DNA from: Alphaproteobacteria bacterium
GTDB lineage: Bacteria > Pseudomonadota > Alphaproteobacteria > Micavibrionales > Micavibrionaceae
Direction of reading: 5' to 3'
Length of the DNA stretch: 64,000 bases
Assembly: GCA_023150415.1 (NCBI GenBank)
Contig: JAKLKY010000004.1
Location: forward strand, 5,647 to 69,646
Positions within the stretch are counted from its first letter, which is position 1. Every line of letters starts with the position of its first letter. Of the stretch, positions 28,233 to 36,894 are shown in pieces. The position numbers and the translations under genes are program-made. Under the pieces are notes generated by a model, which saw only the letters and a list, made by a program, of their open reading frames with translations, had not been told where the DNA came from and made no database searches.

Positions 28233-28476
28233 GAGCGTAATCTTATCAGTCCGTAGCCTGATCGCAAGCCGCACTCTCTTTTTTATTCAGCGTAAACGGT
28301 CTGTTATGCGAAGTTAAAATGCGCTTCTGCGATACTTGCTTGTTCTGGTTATCGGGGAAAAGCTTCTGTTCTATTTTCGGCGGGTTTTTTATAGGTGCGC
28401 GCTTATTATTCACAATACGTCTCCTGTCTTTGGATGCTTCAAGCATAAACTATAATCAAGATATCCAGCCTGTAAC

Positions 28477-28490
28477 TTGATCTGGATCAA
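28477..28490. promoter_or_regulatory. FNR-type box TTGATCTGGATCAA
   Basis: Perfect palindrome in the moeA / ubiT divergent gap, centred 41.5 bp from ubiT ATG 28525. Confidence 0.7.
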
Positions 28491-28524
28491 TCCCCAAAGC
28501 ATACCCAGCGCTTATTGTCTGGTT

Positions 28525-29070
28525 ATGATGACAGCGCAGGCCGATTACAGATCAGAAACTGAAAAGCAGGAGTACAGGTATTTACCAAGGCTACTGCGCC
28601 TTATACTTGCGCCTGTGCCACTTTTTGCCATCCAACCTGTTTTACACAAAATCGTTCATCACATAACACAGAAACGACCGGAGTTATTTGACCGTATCGG
28701 GCCACATAAAGACAAGCTTTTCTTGATTGATCCGGTAAATTTGCCCTTTGCCTTTGCATTAAGAGCTAATCCGGACAATCTTTCCTTTTGTGCATACCGG
28801 CGGCGCAATCTGCCTCAGGTCGAAGCCCGCATTGCAGGAACGTTCTTAACATTGCTGGATATGGTGGATGGACAGCTGGATGGGGATGCCCTGTTTTTCA
28901 CACGCGAGCTTGTGGTGGAAGGTGATACCGAGGCCGTTGTCTGCCTGCGCAATGCAATTGATGACGTAGAGGGAAGTATCGCCGAGGACACTGCGAATTT
29001 ATTCGGATTTGCCGGACGAAATGCTTTGAAGATTTTAAGAAAGGCGAGGAATCATGGTCGAAAACACTGA
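28525..29070 (+). CDS. ubiT: SCP2-domain ubiquinone-pathway accessory protein UbiT (YhbT-like)
   Basis: SCP2-like ...ARIAGTFLTLLDMVDGQLDGDALFFTRELVVEGDTEAVVCLRNAID, directly upstream of ubiU/ubiV. ORF-track start 28477 lies inside the FNR box, so ATG 28525 is used. Confidence 0.6.
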   Translation: MMTAQADYRSETEKQEYRYLPRLLRLILAPVPLFAIQPVLHKIVHHITQKRPELFDRIGPHKDKLFLIDPVNLPFAFALRANPDNLSFCAYRRRNLPQVEARIAGTFLTLLDMVDGQLDGDALFFTRELVVEGDTEAVVCLRNAIDDVEGSIAEDTANLFGFAGRNALKILRKARNHGRKH

Positions 29071-30067
29071 GCCTGTGGGGGAACTTGTCTGTCCCGCAGG
29101 AACGCCAGCATCCCTGCGCACTGCCGTGGATGCTGGCGCGGATGCTGTCTATTGCGGGTTTCAGAATGCAACCAACGCCCGCAATTTCCCGGGACTGAAC
29201 TTTACACTTCCAGAGATGGAAAAAGCTGTCGTCTATGCCCATGAACGCGGGACAAAAGTGTTGCTGGCGGCCAATACATTTCCGCCTGCCGGCAAGATAC
29301 AACTCTGGAAGGACGCTGTTGATTCAGCTGTTCGCATGGGAATTGATGCCATTATCGTGGCTGATATCGGCGTTGCCGGTTACATCAAGAAAAATCATCC
29401 TGATCAGCGCATCCACTTATCCGTTCAGGCCGGTGCGCCTTCTGTTGAAGCCATTAAATATTATTGCGAGGAATTTGGCGTCAGGCGTGTTGTCTTGCCG
29501 CGTATATTGACGATCCCTGAAATCAAATCACTGAAAAAAGAGATCCCTTGCGAAATTGAATGTTTTATTTTCGGCAATCACGGCCTTATGGCGGAAGGAC
29601 GGTGCAGCCTGACAAATTATGTTACCGGATTATCCACCAATATGGACGGGGTGTGTTCCCCCGCCGGCGATGTGAAATATGAGGAAGATGCACAGCGCAA
29701 TCTGACGACCAAACTCGGCGCCTTCACCATTGATTGCTTTTCCTGCACGCAAAACCCCGGATATCCAACCATTTGCAAAGGGCGCTACCGCGCACCGCAT
29801 AGGCCGGATGGTTATTATGCCTTTGAAGAACCGATCAGCCTTAACCTGGCGCGCTTGCTGCCGGAACTTATCAAGGCGGGCGTTCATGCTTTCAAGATTG
29901 AGGGACGCCAACGCTCCCGCGCCTATGTGCGTGAGGTCGTATCATCATGGCGCAAGGCCATAGATGATGTGATGGCGGGACAGGACGTGGAGCTGGCGCA
30001 TCTATTGTCCCTGACCGAAGGTCATAAACAAACGCAGGGCGCTTATGAAACAAAGAGATGGAGATAA
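29054..30067 (+). CDS. ubiU: U32-family O2-independent ubiquinone hydroxylase subunit UbiU (YhbU-like)
   Basis: ELVCPAGTPASLRTAVDAGADAVYCGFQNATNARNFPGLNFT... aligns closely by eye with E. coli YhbU (ELLCPAGNLPALKAAIENGADAVYIGLKDDTNARHFAGLNFT). Cys motif EGRCSLTNY...GVCSP. Confidence 0.8.
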   Translation: MVENTEPVGELVCPAGTPASLRTAVDAGADAVYCGFQNATNARNFPGLNFTLPEMEKAVVYAHERGTKVLLAANTFPPAGKIQLWKDAVDSAVRMGIDAIIVADIGVAGYIKKNHPDQRIHLSVQAGAPSVEAIKYYCEEFGVRRVVLPRILTIPEIKSLKKEIPCEIECFIFGNHGLMAEGRCSLTNYVTGLSTNMDGVCSPAGDVKYEEDAQRNLTTKLGAFTIDCFSCTQNPGYPTICKGRYRAPHRPDGYYAFEEPISLNLARLLPELIKAGVHAFKIEGRQRSRAYVREVVSSWRKAIDDVMAGQDVELAHLLSLTEGHKQTQGAYETKRWR

Positions 30068-30071
30068 GCCA

Positions 30072-30974
30072 ATGATGGCGCAATTGACAATGGGACCAAT
30101 TTTATTCCACTGGCCTGCTGAGAAAAAACGTGACTTTTATTTTCGTATTGCCGATGAAGCGCCGGTTGAAACGGTCTATCTGGGCGAGGTTATCTGCTCC
30201 AAGCGGACACCGTTTTTTGAACAGCATTATAGCGAGGTTGCCGAGCGCCTTATGGCGGGCGGGAAAAAAGTCGTATTTTGCTCTCTGGCTGAAATCATGA
30301 TCCCCCGTGAACGCAAAATGACCGAAGGATTATGCGAACTTGAAGATTTTGAGGTTGAAGCCAATGATGCCGCCGCACTCTATCATTTGCGCGGGAAGCC
30401 ACACCGGATTGGCCAGTATTTTAATGTCTATAACGAAGACGTGATGGAACATCTGGCCTCTGGTGGGGCAACCCACTTTACTCTGCCTGCGGAATTACCG
30501 GCGGAGTCTATATCCGCTCTGGGACAAAAAGCCGATGATATCGGGGTCGGTCTTGAGGTGCAGGTTTTCGGACGCGTTGGCCTTGCGCTTTCGGCACGGT
30601 GTTATCATGCGCGTGCTCATGGCCGGGTTAAAGATAATTGCCAGTTTGTCTGTGAAGAAGATCCGGACGGCATGATATTAAAAACGCTGGAAGAAAAAGA
30701 TTTTTTATGCGTCAACGGTGTACAGACATTATCTTACACTTACCTGAACCTTGTTCATGAATTGCATGAAATGGCAGATATGGGCGTAAAGTCCTTCCGC
30801 CTTTCCCCGCACACGCATGATATGAAGCAGGTTGCTTGCCTGTTTAGAAACGTGCTTGATAAAAAGATCGATGCCGGTGAAGCTGAAGCACAATTAAAAG
30901 AACTAATACCAAACGTGCCGTTTTCAAATGGCTTTTATCACAAAACTCTCGGCTATTCCTGGAAGGCGGCGTGA
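30072..30974 (+). CDS. ubiV: U32-family UbiV (YhbV-like)
   Basis: MMAQLTMGPILFHWPAEKKRDFY resembles the YhbV N-terminus (MKYSLGPVLWYWPKETLEEFY). Cys motif SARCYHARAHGRVKDNCQFVC. GGAG RBS lies before ATG 30072. Confidence 0.75.
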   Translation: MMAQLTMGPILFHWPAEKKRDFYFRIADEAPVETVYLGEVICSKRTPFFEQHYSEVAERLMAGGKKVVFCSLAEIMIPRERKMTEGLCELEDFEVEANDAAALYHLRGKPHRIGQYFNVYNEDVMEHLASGGATHFTLPAELPAESISALGQKADDIGVGLEVQVFGRVGLALSARCYHARAHGRVKDNCQFVCEEDPDGMILKTLEEKDFLCVNGVQTLSYTYLNLVHELHEMADMGVKSFRLSPHTHDMKQVACLFRNVLDKKIDAGEAEAQLKELIPNVPFSNGFYHKTLGYSWKAA

Positions 30975-32014
30975 TTATACCGTCCGGAAAACAATAAAAA
31001 ATCATCATTCTCTTCTCCAGTTTCAATGTAATGTGCAATACATCGCGCCATGATCGGGGAAAGCAAATACCCATGCCGAAACAGCCCGTTGCTGCGGATA
31101 TATCTTTTTTCTCCATCAATGATGATGCGCGGCAAATTATCCTGATAGGCGGCTCTGATACCCGACGACATATCCAGTACCTTCGATTCACCAAAACTGG
31201 GGTGCAGGCTGTAACACGCGCTCATCAGTTCCATGGCTGAACGCAACATCACCAAACCATCGTCTTCATCTGCATTTTCTATCGCTGTCGCGCCGACGGC
31301 AAAGACGTGATCCGGCCTTGGGACGATATAAAGCGGATAACGCGGATGCATTAACCGTACGGGCCGTTTCAGAGAAAATTCAAAATTCCGAATTAAAAGA
31401 ATTTCGCCCTTAATGCCGCGTAAATCCTGGTCGAATTGCGGCGCATAGCCACGGCAATCGATCACCCAGTCATAATCCAGCGCCAAATCTTCCGGCTGCA
31501 CCTCCTGCTTTATCATTTGTCCGTTTAAAGATATGAATTTTTTAAAAAGAGCTTCTAACGCCAGCAACGGCACAAGATGCGCTTCTTCCGGAATATAAAG
31601 TCCTTTGGTAAAGCGACTGCGTAAATCCGGTTCTAGCGCACGGATTTCTTTTTCATTGACCCATTGCCACGCCCCACTCACAGAGTTTAGATGTTGCACA
31701 AACCTATCTAGATAAACTTCATCTGCCAGATGCGCCACAAACAGGCTGCCTTCTTTGCTAAACACAAAATCTGCGCCGCCATCTAACATAGCCTTCCACA
31801 TTGCAATGCCTTTCACCCCCGCCTTCACAAAACTCAGCGGCAAAGTGTCGATTTCGCTGTATGGCGCCATCATGCCGCCTGCAATTGTGCTGGGATTGAC
31901 GGGCGGAAAATCCTGTTTCTCGAAAATCGTAACCTGATAGCCTTTTTCGGCATTCATACACGCCGCCAGTAATCCTGATATCCCTGCGCCTATAATAGCA
32001 ATCTTTTTACTCAT
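30953..32014 (-). CDS. FAD-dependent glycine/amine oxidase, ThiO paralogue
   Basis: KIAIIGAGISG dinucleotide fold. Blocks shared with the host thiO at 60710: HPRYPLYIVPRPDHVFAVGAT, LHPSF, YQDNLPRI and FRHGYLLSPIMA. Start at MSKK (32014), with AAGGAAAA upstream. Confidence 0.75.
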   Translation of the reverse strand: MSKKIAIIGAGISGLLAACMNAEKGYQVTIFEKQDFPPVNPSTIAGGMMAPYSEIDTLPLSFVKAGVKGIAMWKAMLDGGADFVFSKEGSLFVAHLADEVYLDRFVQHLNSVSGAWQWVNEKEIRALEPDLRSRFTKGLYIPEEAHLVPLLALEALFKKFISLNGQMIKQEVQPEDLALDYDWVIDCRGYAPQFDQDLRGIKGEILLIRNFEFSLKRPVRLMHPRYPLYIVPRPDHVFAVGATAIENADEDDGLVMLRSAMELMSACYSLHPSFGESKVLDMSSGIRAAYQDNLPRIIIDGEKRYIRSNGLFRHGYLLSPIMARCIAHYIETGEENDDFLLFSGRYNHAAFQE

Positions 32015-32031
32015 TATTTTTTCCTTATCGT

Positions 32032-32730
32032 TTATGCTTTTGTGATGCAGCCATATAAAATATGCCACGTGACATGCTCAAAATTCTGGGAATCAAAAGC
32101 TGCACAAGCCTTTTTGATTTGTGGGAGAGTAAGAGGCGCATAGTTTTCTCTACCGCAGGACGCTCCCATATTTTTTAAACTGGAAAGAAAAGCCCAACTA
32201 TCTCTGCAACTTTTTTTGATCTTTTCTTCTCTGTATATCCCCTCGGAATAGCTAAAATTGGGCATGCCGGAAGGAAGCCCCAATTGATCAAGGGTACTCC
32301 GCCATTCTTTAAAGCAATCTGGCCCGGGCAGCGAAAAATAAAATGTGCCGTCTGGCTTTAGCATGCTTTTCAGATTGTCTAACCCTTCCTCCAGATCTTC
32401 AAACCACTGACAAACCATACTGGCGGTAATCAGATCATATGTTTCTCCGGTTTGTTCTTTTTCTGCGTCCAGAATGAAAAAGCGTGTCGACATCCCCGAA
32501 AATCTACTTTTTGTCTGCTCAAGCATACGGGGACTCACATCCGTAATATGAAGCTGATGCCCAGCATATTTCCTGGCTAACTGTGCGGTCAAAAAACCTG
32601 TGCCGCACCCTGTTTCCAAAATGGCGGCATTTTTAAGACAAGGAAGATCGCAGGCCAGACTATCGGCTACATGGGCTTGCACATCACCATACTGATCATA
32701 CAGATGCGCCTGAGTATCAAAATTGCGCAT
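32032..32730 (-). CDS. SAM-dependent methyltransferase, BioC-like
   Basis: FDTQAHLYDQYGDVQ...ILETGCGTGFLT...DLITASMVCQWFEDL...LKPDGTFYFSLPG follows the BioC pattern. Start could be 32763 or 32730. Confidence 0.65.
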   Translation of the reverse strand: MRNFDTQAHLYDQYGDVQAHVADSLACDLPCLKNAAILETGCGTGFLTAQLARKYAGHQLHITDVSPRMLEQTKSRFSGMSTRFFILDAEKEQTGETYDLITASMVCQWFEDLEEGLDNLKSMLKPDGTFYFSLPGPDCFKEWRSTLDQLGLPSGMPNFSYSEGIYREEKIKKSCRDSWAFLSSLKNMGASCGRENYAPLTLPQIKKACAAFDSQNFEHVTWHILYGCITKA

Positions 32731-32734
32731 TACT

Positions 32735-33376
32735 TTATCTTTCCAACTTAAGGCCACTGACAAACTCCTTTATTGTATTGGCGCACCATTCAGGATGCGA
32801 CCACGGCATAATGTGCCCGCCGCCCATAAGCGTTTTAATCGGAAAACCCGACCACTCCTTTTTCATGATGTCCTGATCTAGTATCGGATCGGCATCGCCA
32901 CACAAACAAAGAACAGGCTTTGCATACGCACCAAGCTCTTTTGCGGCGCTGATTTTACTGATCCAGACCATGCCTTCTTGCAGTCTTTGCAAGTTCAGGT
33001 GAGCTTTATCTTTCGTGATTCCGCATTTCTTCCAGAAATCCCCCATTTGCGGAATAGGATCACGCTCCAGCCTTAATTTCATGGCCTGCAAGGAACGCTC
33101 GTCTGAAAAACTCTTGAAACGATAAAATCCATTGATAGCGATCAGCACGTCAATATCTGCGACTTTGTTCTTTAACGCCCACAAGGTTCCTAAAGAGTGC
33201 GTGATATAGACACGCTTGCTGTCGCTCGGTGCTTTGTGATTTTCGATTCTTTGATCGTGTCCAATAAAGCCAAGATTTAAAAAATGAGATTGTTTTTTTG
33301 GAAAATGCGGGCGCAATCTTTCCCAGAAATCTGGATCAGTTCCCCAGCCATGCACAAATACATAATGAACGCTCAA
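32735..33376 (-). CDS. Alpha/beta hydrolase, BioH-like
   Basis: VFVHGWGTDPDFW, nucleophile elbow THSLGT, and C-terminal GGGHIMPWSHPE (His of triad). First gene of the operon with the BioC-like and ThiO-like genes. Confidence 0.55.
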   Translation of the reverse strand: MSVHYVFVHGWGTDPDFWERLRPHFPKKQSHFLNLGFIGHDQRIENHKAPSDSKRVYITHSLGTLWALKNKVADIDVLIAINGFYRFKSFSDERSLQAMKLRLERDPIPQMGDFWKKCGITKDKAHLNLQRLQEGMVWISKISAAKELGAYAKPVLCLCGDADPILDQDIMKKEWSGFPIKTLMGGGHIMPWSHPEWCANTIKEFVSGLKLER

Positions 33377-33436
33377 GCAGTCTTCCTCTCTGTTTTCAGG
33401 AAAACTCTATTATCAGAAAAAAATATTCTGATCGAC

Positions 33437-33450
33437 TTGATCTAGATCAA
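33437..33450. promoter_or_regulatory. FNR-type box TTGATCTAGATCAA
   Basis: Perfect palindrome in the divergent gap, 67.5 bp from the BioH-like ATG (33376) and 147.5 bp from nrdD ATG. Confidence 0.7.
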
Positions 33451-33489
33451 ATTTGAAGCCCTTTATTTAGTATACCGTTTAATAAGAAC

Positions 33490-33505
33490 ACACAATATGT
33501 AGTGT
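33490..33505. promoter_or_regulatory. Candidate NrdR box ACACAATATGTAGTGT
   Basis: Matches the 16-bp NrdR palindrome consensus (acaCwAtATaTwGtgt) at all but one position, 86 bp upstream of nrdD. Part of the longer palindrome AACACACAATATGTAGTGTGTT. No second box seen. Confidence 0.5.
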
Positions 33506-33590
33506 GTTTTGAAATTCCTCCTCGTTTTCTCCTTCCGAGAAGCAAGGTTCCAAAAATTCTTATGAAACAAACATGTAAAGGAGAAAAACC

Positions 33591-35633
33591 ATGTCCGACG
33601 CCTCTGCTGCCAGATCCAAAACCACCGATTCTGTAGAGAAAAAATCAGTGATCGCTTTTCCGGCGACTCACCCCGCCAACCCTGAAACAGATCAGATCGT
33701 TACGCTTTTTGGCGGAACATCTGTGGATTGCTCCGAGGCGATCAGCGAGTATATTTCCGGATCTGACTGGAGAATCAAGGCCAATGCCAATACCGGGTAC
33801 TCCAATGCCGGCCTGATCAATAATGTCGCCGGAAAAGTGATCGCCAATTTCTGGCTGGATGAAGTTTACTCCCCCGAAGAGGGACAGGCGCACCGCAATG
33901 GCGATGTTCACATCCACGATCTGGACTGCCTGACCGGATATTGCGCGGGCTGGTCACTTCGTGCCCTGCTCAATGACGGATTTAATGGCGTTGGCGGACG
34001 TGTTTCCTCTCGCCCCCCACGTCATTTCCGTGAGGCTTTAGGGCAAATGTCCAATTTCCTTGGCATCCTGCAATCCGAATGGGCGGGCGCGCAGGCGTTC
34101 AGCTCCTTTGATACCTATCTTGCGCCATACGTCTTTTATGATCAACTGAGCTTTAAAGAAGTTAAAAAGGCGATTCGTCAGTTTGTTTATAATCTGAACG
34201 TGCCCGCACGCTGGGGACAATCACCCTTCACCAATATCACGCTGGATATTACAGTGCCCGAAGATCTGCAGAATCAGTTCCCAACATATAGCAACCTGCA
34301 TCTCTTTAAAGGGATCGAGAACGATGAATTGCTGTTAAAGGCACAGCAGCGTGACATGGGTTTGCGCAGTCTTGAAGACACCACATTTAAACATTTTGCC
34401 CCTGAAATGGAGATGATCAATATCGCTTATTACGAGGTGATGACCGAAGGCGATTCAACTGGGCAGCCTTTTACCTTCCCGATTCCAACCGTCAATATCA
34501 CCGAGGATTTTGACTGGGACAGCAAAGTGGCAGCGGCTATTTTTGAAAATACGGCAAAAGTCGGTTCCTCTTATTTCCAAAATTTCGTTGGTTCCCAATG
34601 GATGAAAAATGAAAAAGGGGAGCGCGTACGCAATCCGGAAGCCTATTCCCCCGGCGCGGTACGTTCCATGTGCTGCCGCCTGCAACTGGATTTGCGCGAG
34701 CTACTTAAGCGCGGGAACGGCCTATTTGGCTCAGCAGAGATGACCGGCTCTATCGGCGTTGTGACTCTGAACATGGCGCGCCTGGGCTACCGCTTCAAAG
34801 GCGACTTCAAGGGCTTGATGGCGGAAGTTGACCGCCTGATGGATATAGGCAAATCCACATTGGAGAAAAAACGGGTCTTCGCACAGAAAATGTATGATCG
34901 CGGGCTCTACCCCTATACATCCCGCTACCTGCCGTTTTTCCGCAATCACTTCTCCACCATCGGTGTCAACGGTATGAATGAGATGATCCGTAATTTCACC
35001 GATGACGAGCATGACATTACAGACGAGCAAGGCATTCAGATGAGTATTGATATTCTGGATCATATGCGCACAAAACTCCTTGGTTATCAGGAAGAAACTG
35101 GCAATCTCTATAATCTGGAGGCTACGCCGGCGGAAGGAACGACATACCGTTTTGCCAAGGAAGACAAGAAGCGCTTCCCCGATATCCTGCAGGCAGGCTT
35201 TGGTGAAAACATATACTACACCAATTCATCCCAAATTCCTGCCGATCACACAGAAGACCCGTTTGAAGCTCTGGAGCTGCAAAACCGTCTGCAGTGCAAA
35301 TATACGGGCGGTACGGTGTTGCATCTTTACATGAATGAGAAGCTGAGCAGCGCCGAAGCCTGTAAGGGGTTCGTCAAAAAAGTGATTGGCAATTACCAGC
35401 TTCCCTATATCACCGTGACGCCTGTTTTCTCGGTTTGTGATACGCATGGCTATCTCAACGGAGAGCAGCCAGAATGCCCGACCTGCGGTGAAAACACCAA
35501 AGTGTGGACACGTGTCATGGGCTATTTCCGTCCCGTGGACAGCTTTAACAAAGGCAAACAGGGCGAACACCGTGAACGCAAGCACTTCAAGGAAGACTGG
35601 GTTGATACCGGTAGTCTTTTCACTGGCGTGTAA
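33591..35633 (+). CDS. nrdD: Anaerobic ribonucleoside-triphosphate reductase (class III)
   Basis: C-terminal Zn site CDTHGYLNGEQPECPTCG and glycyl-radical motif TRVMGYFRPV. 680 aa. Confidence 0.93.
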   Translation: MSDASAARSKTTDSVEKKSVIAFPATHPANPETDQIVTLFGGTSVDCSEAISEYISGSDWRIKANANTGYSNAGLINNVAGKVIANFWLDEVYSPEEGQAHRNGDVHIHDLDCLTGYCAGWSLRALLNDGFNGVGGRVSSRPPRHFREALGQMSNFLGILQSEWAGAQAFSSFDTYLAPYVFYDQLSFKEVKKAIRQFVYNLNVPARWGQSPFTNITLDITVPEDLQNQFPTYSNLHLFKGIENDELLLKAQQRDMGLRSLEDTTFKHFAPEMEMINIAYYEVMTEGDSTGQPFTFPIPTVNITEDFDWDSKVAAAIFENTAKVGSSYFQNFVGSQWMKNEKGERVRNPEAYSPGAVRSMCCRLQLDLRELLKRGNGLFGSAEMTGSIGVVTLNMARLGYRFKGDFKGLMAEVDRLMDIGKSTLEKKRVFAQKMYDRGLYPYTSRYLPFFRNHFSTIGVNGMNEMIRNFTDDEHDITDEQGIQMSIDILDHMRTKLLGYQEETGNLYNLEATPAEGTTYRFAKEDKKRFPDILQAGFGENIYYTNSSQIPADHTEDPFEALELQNRLQCKYTGGTVLHLYMNEKLSSAEACKGFVKKVIGNYQLPYITVTPVFSVCDTHGYLNGEQPECPTCGENTKVWTRVMGYFRPVDSFNKGKQGEHRERKHFKEDWVDTGSLFTGV

Positions 35634-35635
35634 TC

Positions 35636-36382
35636 ATGGCTCTTGCGCTTGCCAATAAACCGGAAGCCAGGCCCCCTGTCAAAAAACAGGGGGCGCTTCC
35701 CATATACTCTGTCACCCCCTTCACGATGCTCGATTTTCCGGGACAGACGGCCTGTATTGTCTGGTTTTCCGGATGCAACATGCGCTGTCCTTACTGTCAC
35801 AATCCTCAAATCGTCAAAGGCAAGGGGCGAGGCGATGTGGGTCAGGTTTTCGATTTCCTGAAAAAACGCGCAGGACTTCTGGATGGAGTCGTTCTCTCCG
35901 GCGGTGAGGCCTCGGCCTATCCCGGGTTGCCCGATTTTATCAAACAGGTAAAAAAACTTGGTTATGCCGTCAAACTTGATACGAACGGTCTAAGACCCGA
36001 TATCATTGACGATTTCTTGCGTCAGGGATTTTTGAATTACATTGCGCTGGATTACAAAGCCCCGCCCCATAAATTCAAGAAAGTCACGGGCGTTGATAAA
36101 TACAACGAATTCACCAAAACGCTTGATCTTTTATGCGCGCAAAAAGCCGTGCCATTTGAGGTGCGCACGACTGTTCACACAAATCTGATGGATGAAGATG
36201 ATGTCAATGCCATTATCCATGATCTTGAAAATCGTGGTTACCAAGGCCGGCACGCCATACAGAATTTCACCCATAGCGATGATCGCCCGACATTGGGCTT
36301 TATGCGTGAACAAGAGCGCGTCTTGAATACGGACGCTCTCTATGCTCCTCCAAATTTCACCTTGGAATTTCGTAACTTTTAA
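35636..36382 (+). CDS. nrdG: Anaerobic RNR activating protein (radical SAM)
   Basis: FSGCNMRCPYCHNP motif, immediately after nrdD. Confidence 0.88.
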   Translation: MALALANKPEARPPVKKQGALPIYSVTPFTMLDFPGQTACIVWFSGCNMRCPYCHNPQIVKGKGRGDVGQVFDFLKKRAGLLDGVVLSGGEASAYPGLPDFIKQVKKLGYAVKLDTNGLRPDIIDDFLRQGFLNYIALDYKAPPHKFKKVTGVDKYNEFTKTLDLLCAQKAVPFEVRTTVHTNLMDEDDVNAIIHDLENRGYQGRHAIQNFTHSDDRPTLGFMREQERVLNTDALYAPPNFTLEFRNF

Positions 36383-36395
36383 AAAACCTGAGTTT

Positions 36396-36794
36396 TTAAG
36401 AAACTGTATCACCAAGCGTATGTTGGTTGAGGGTGTTTATAAATTCATTGCTGGCATCAAACAGATAATGCTTCAGATTACAGGTCTGCGTCACACGGCA
36501 GGTATTTGTTACGGCATCAAAGCATTCCACCATGAACATGTTTGGCTCCAGCTGCTTTACAATATCGCCAAGCCGCAGGTCTTGTGCCCCTTCGGCAAGC
36601 CGGATGCCGCCGCCCTTACCCTTGCTGGTTTCGATATATCCAAGCTGTGACAGGCGGTGAACAATTTTAACCAGATGGTTGCGGGAAATTTTATAATATT
36701 CGGAAATTTCCTTCACGCTGGATAGGTCATCAGGGCGCGCAGCCAGATACATCAGGCAACGCAGGCCGTAATCGGTAAATCGTGTTAACTGCAT
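36396..36794 (-). CDS. nsrR: Rrf2-family NO-sensing repressor NsrR
   Basis: MQLTRFTDYGLRCLMYLA...ISRNHLVKIVHRLSQLGYIETSKGKGGGIRLA, with three C-terminal Cys (ECFD...NTCRVTQTCNL). Divergent from hmp. Confidence 0.85.
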   Translation of the reverse strand: MQLTRFTDYGLRCLMYLAARPDDLSSVKEISEYYKISRNHLVKIVHRLSQLGYIETSKGKGGGIRLAEGAQDLRLGDIVKQLEPNMFMVECFDAVTNTCRVTQTCNLKHYLFDASNEFINTLNQHTLGDTVS

Positions 36795-36854
36795 AATGCT
36801 GTACTCATCATAAAATTTATCGTGGACAGGGTTGCATAATTAGCCGCGATCTAT

Positions 36855-36877
36855 AATATACATACCAAATACATATT
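36855..36877. promoter_or_regulatory. Candidate NsrR operator AATATACATACCAAATACATATT
   Basis: Imperfect inverted repeat. The right half AAATACATATT fits the AAATGCATNTT half-site and the left half is weaker. It overlaps a TATAAT-like -10 in the nsrR/hmp gap. Confidence 0.4.
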
Positions 36878-36894
36878 AAGAAAGGCAATTCCCC

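Noticed and set aside
28246-28446. 66-aa basic ORF upstream of moeA.
   Set aside because: Its ATG would lie upstream of the transcription start predicted from the FNR box at 28477. It has no RBS or recognisable motif, and the region is more likely the moeA leader.
33451-33489. Search for a second NrdR box about 31 bp from the first, upstream of nrdD.
   Set aside because: No sequence at either flanking position approaches the consensus. Only one box is reported.
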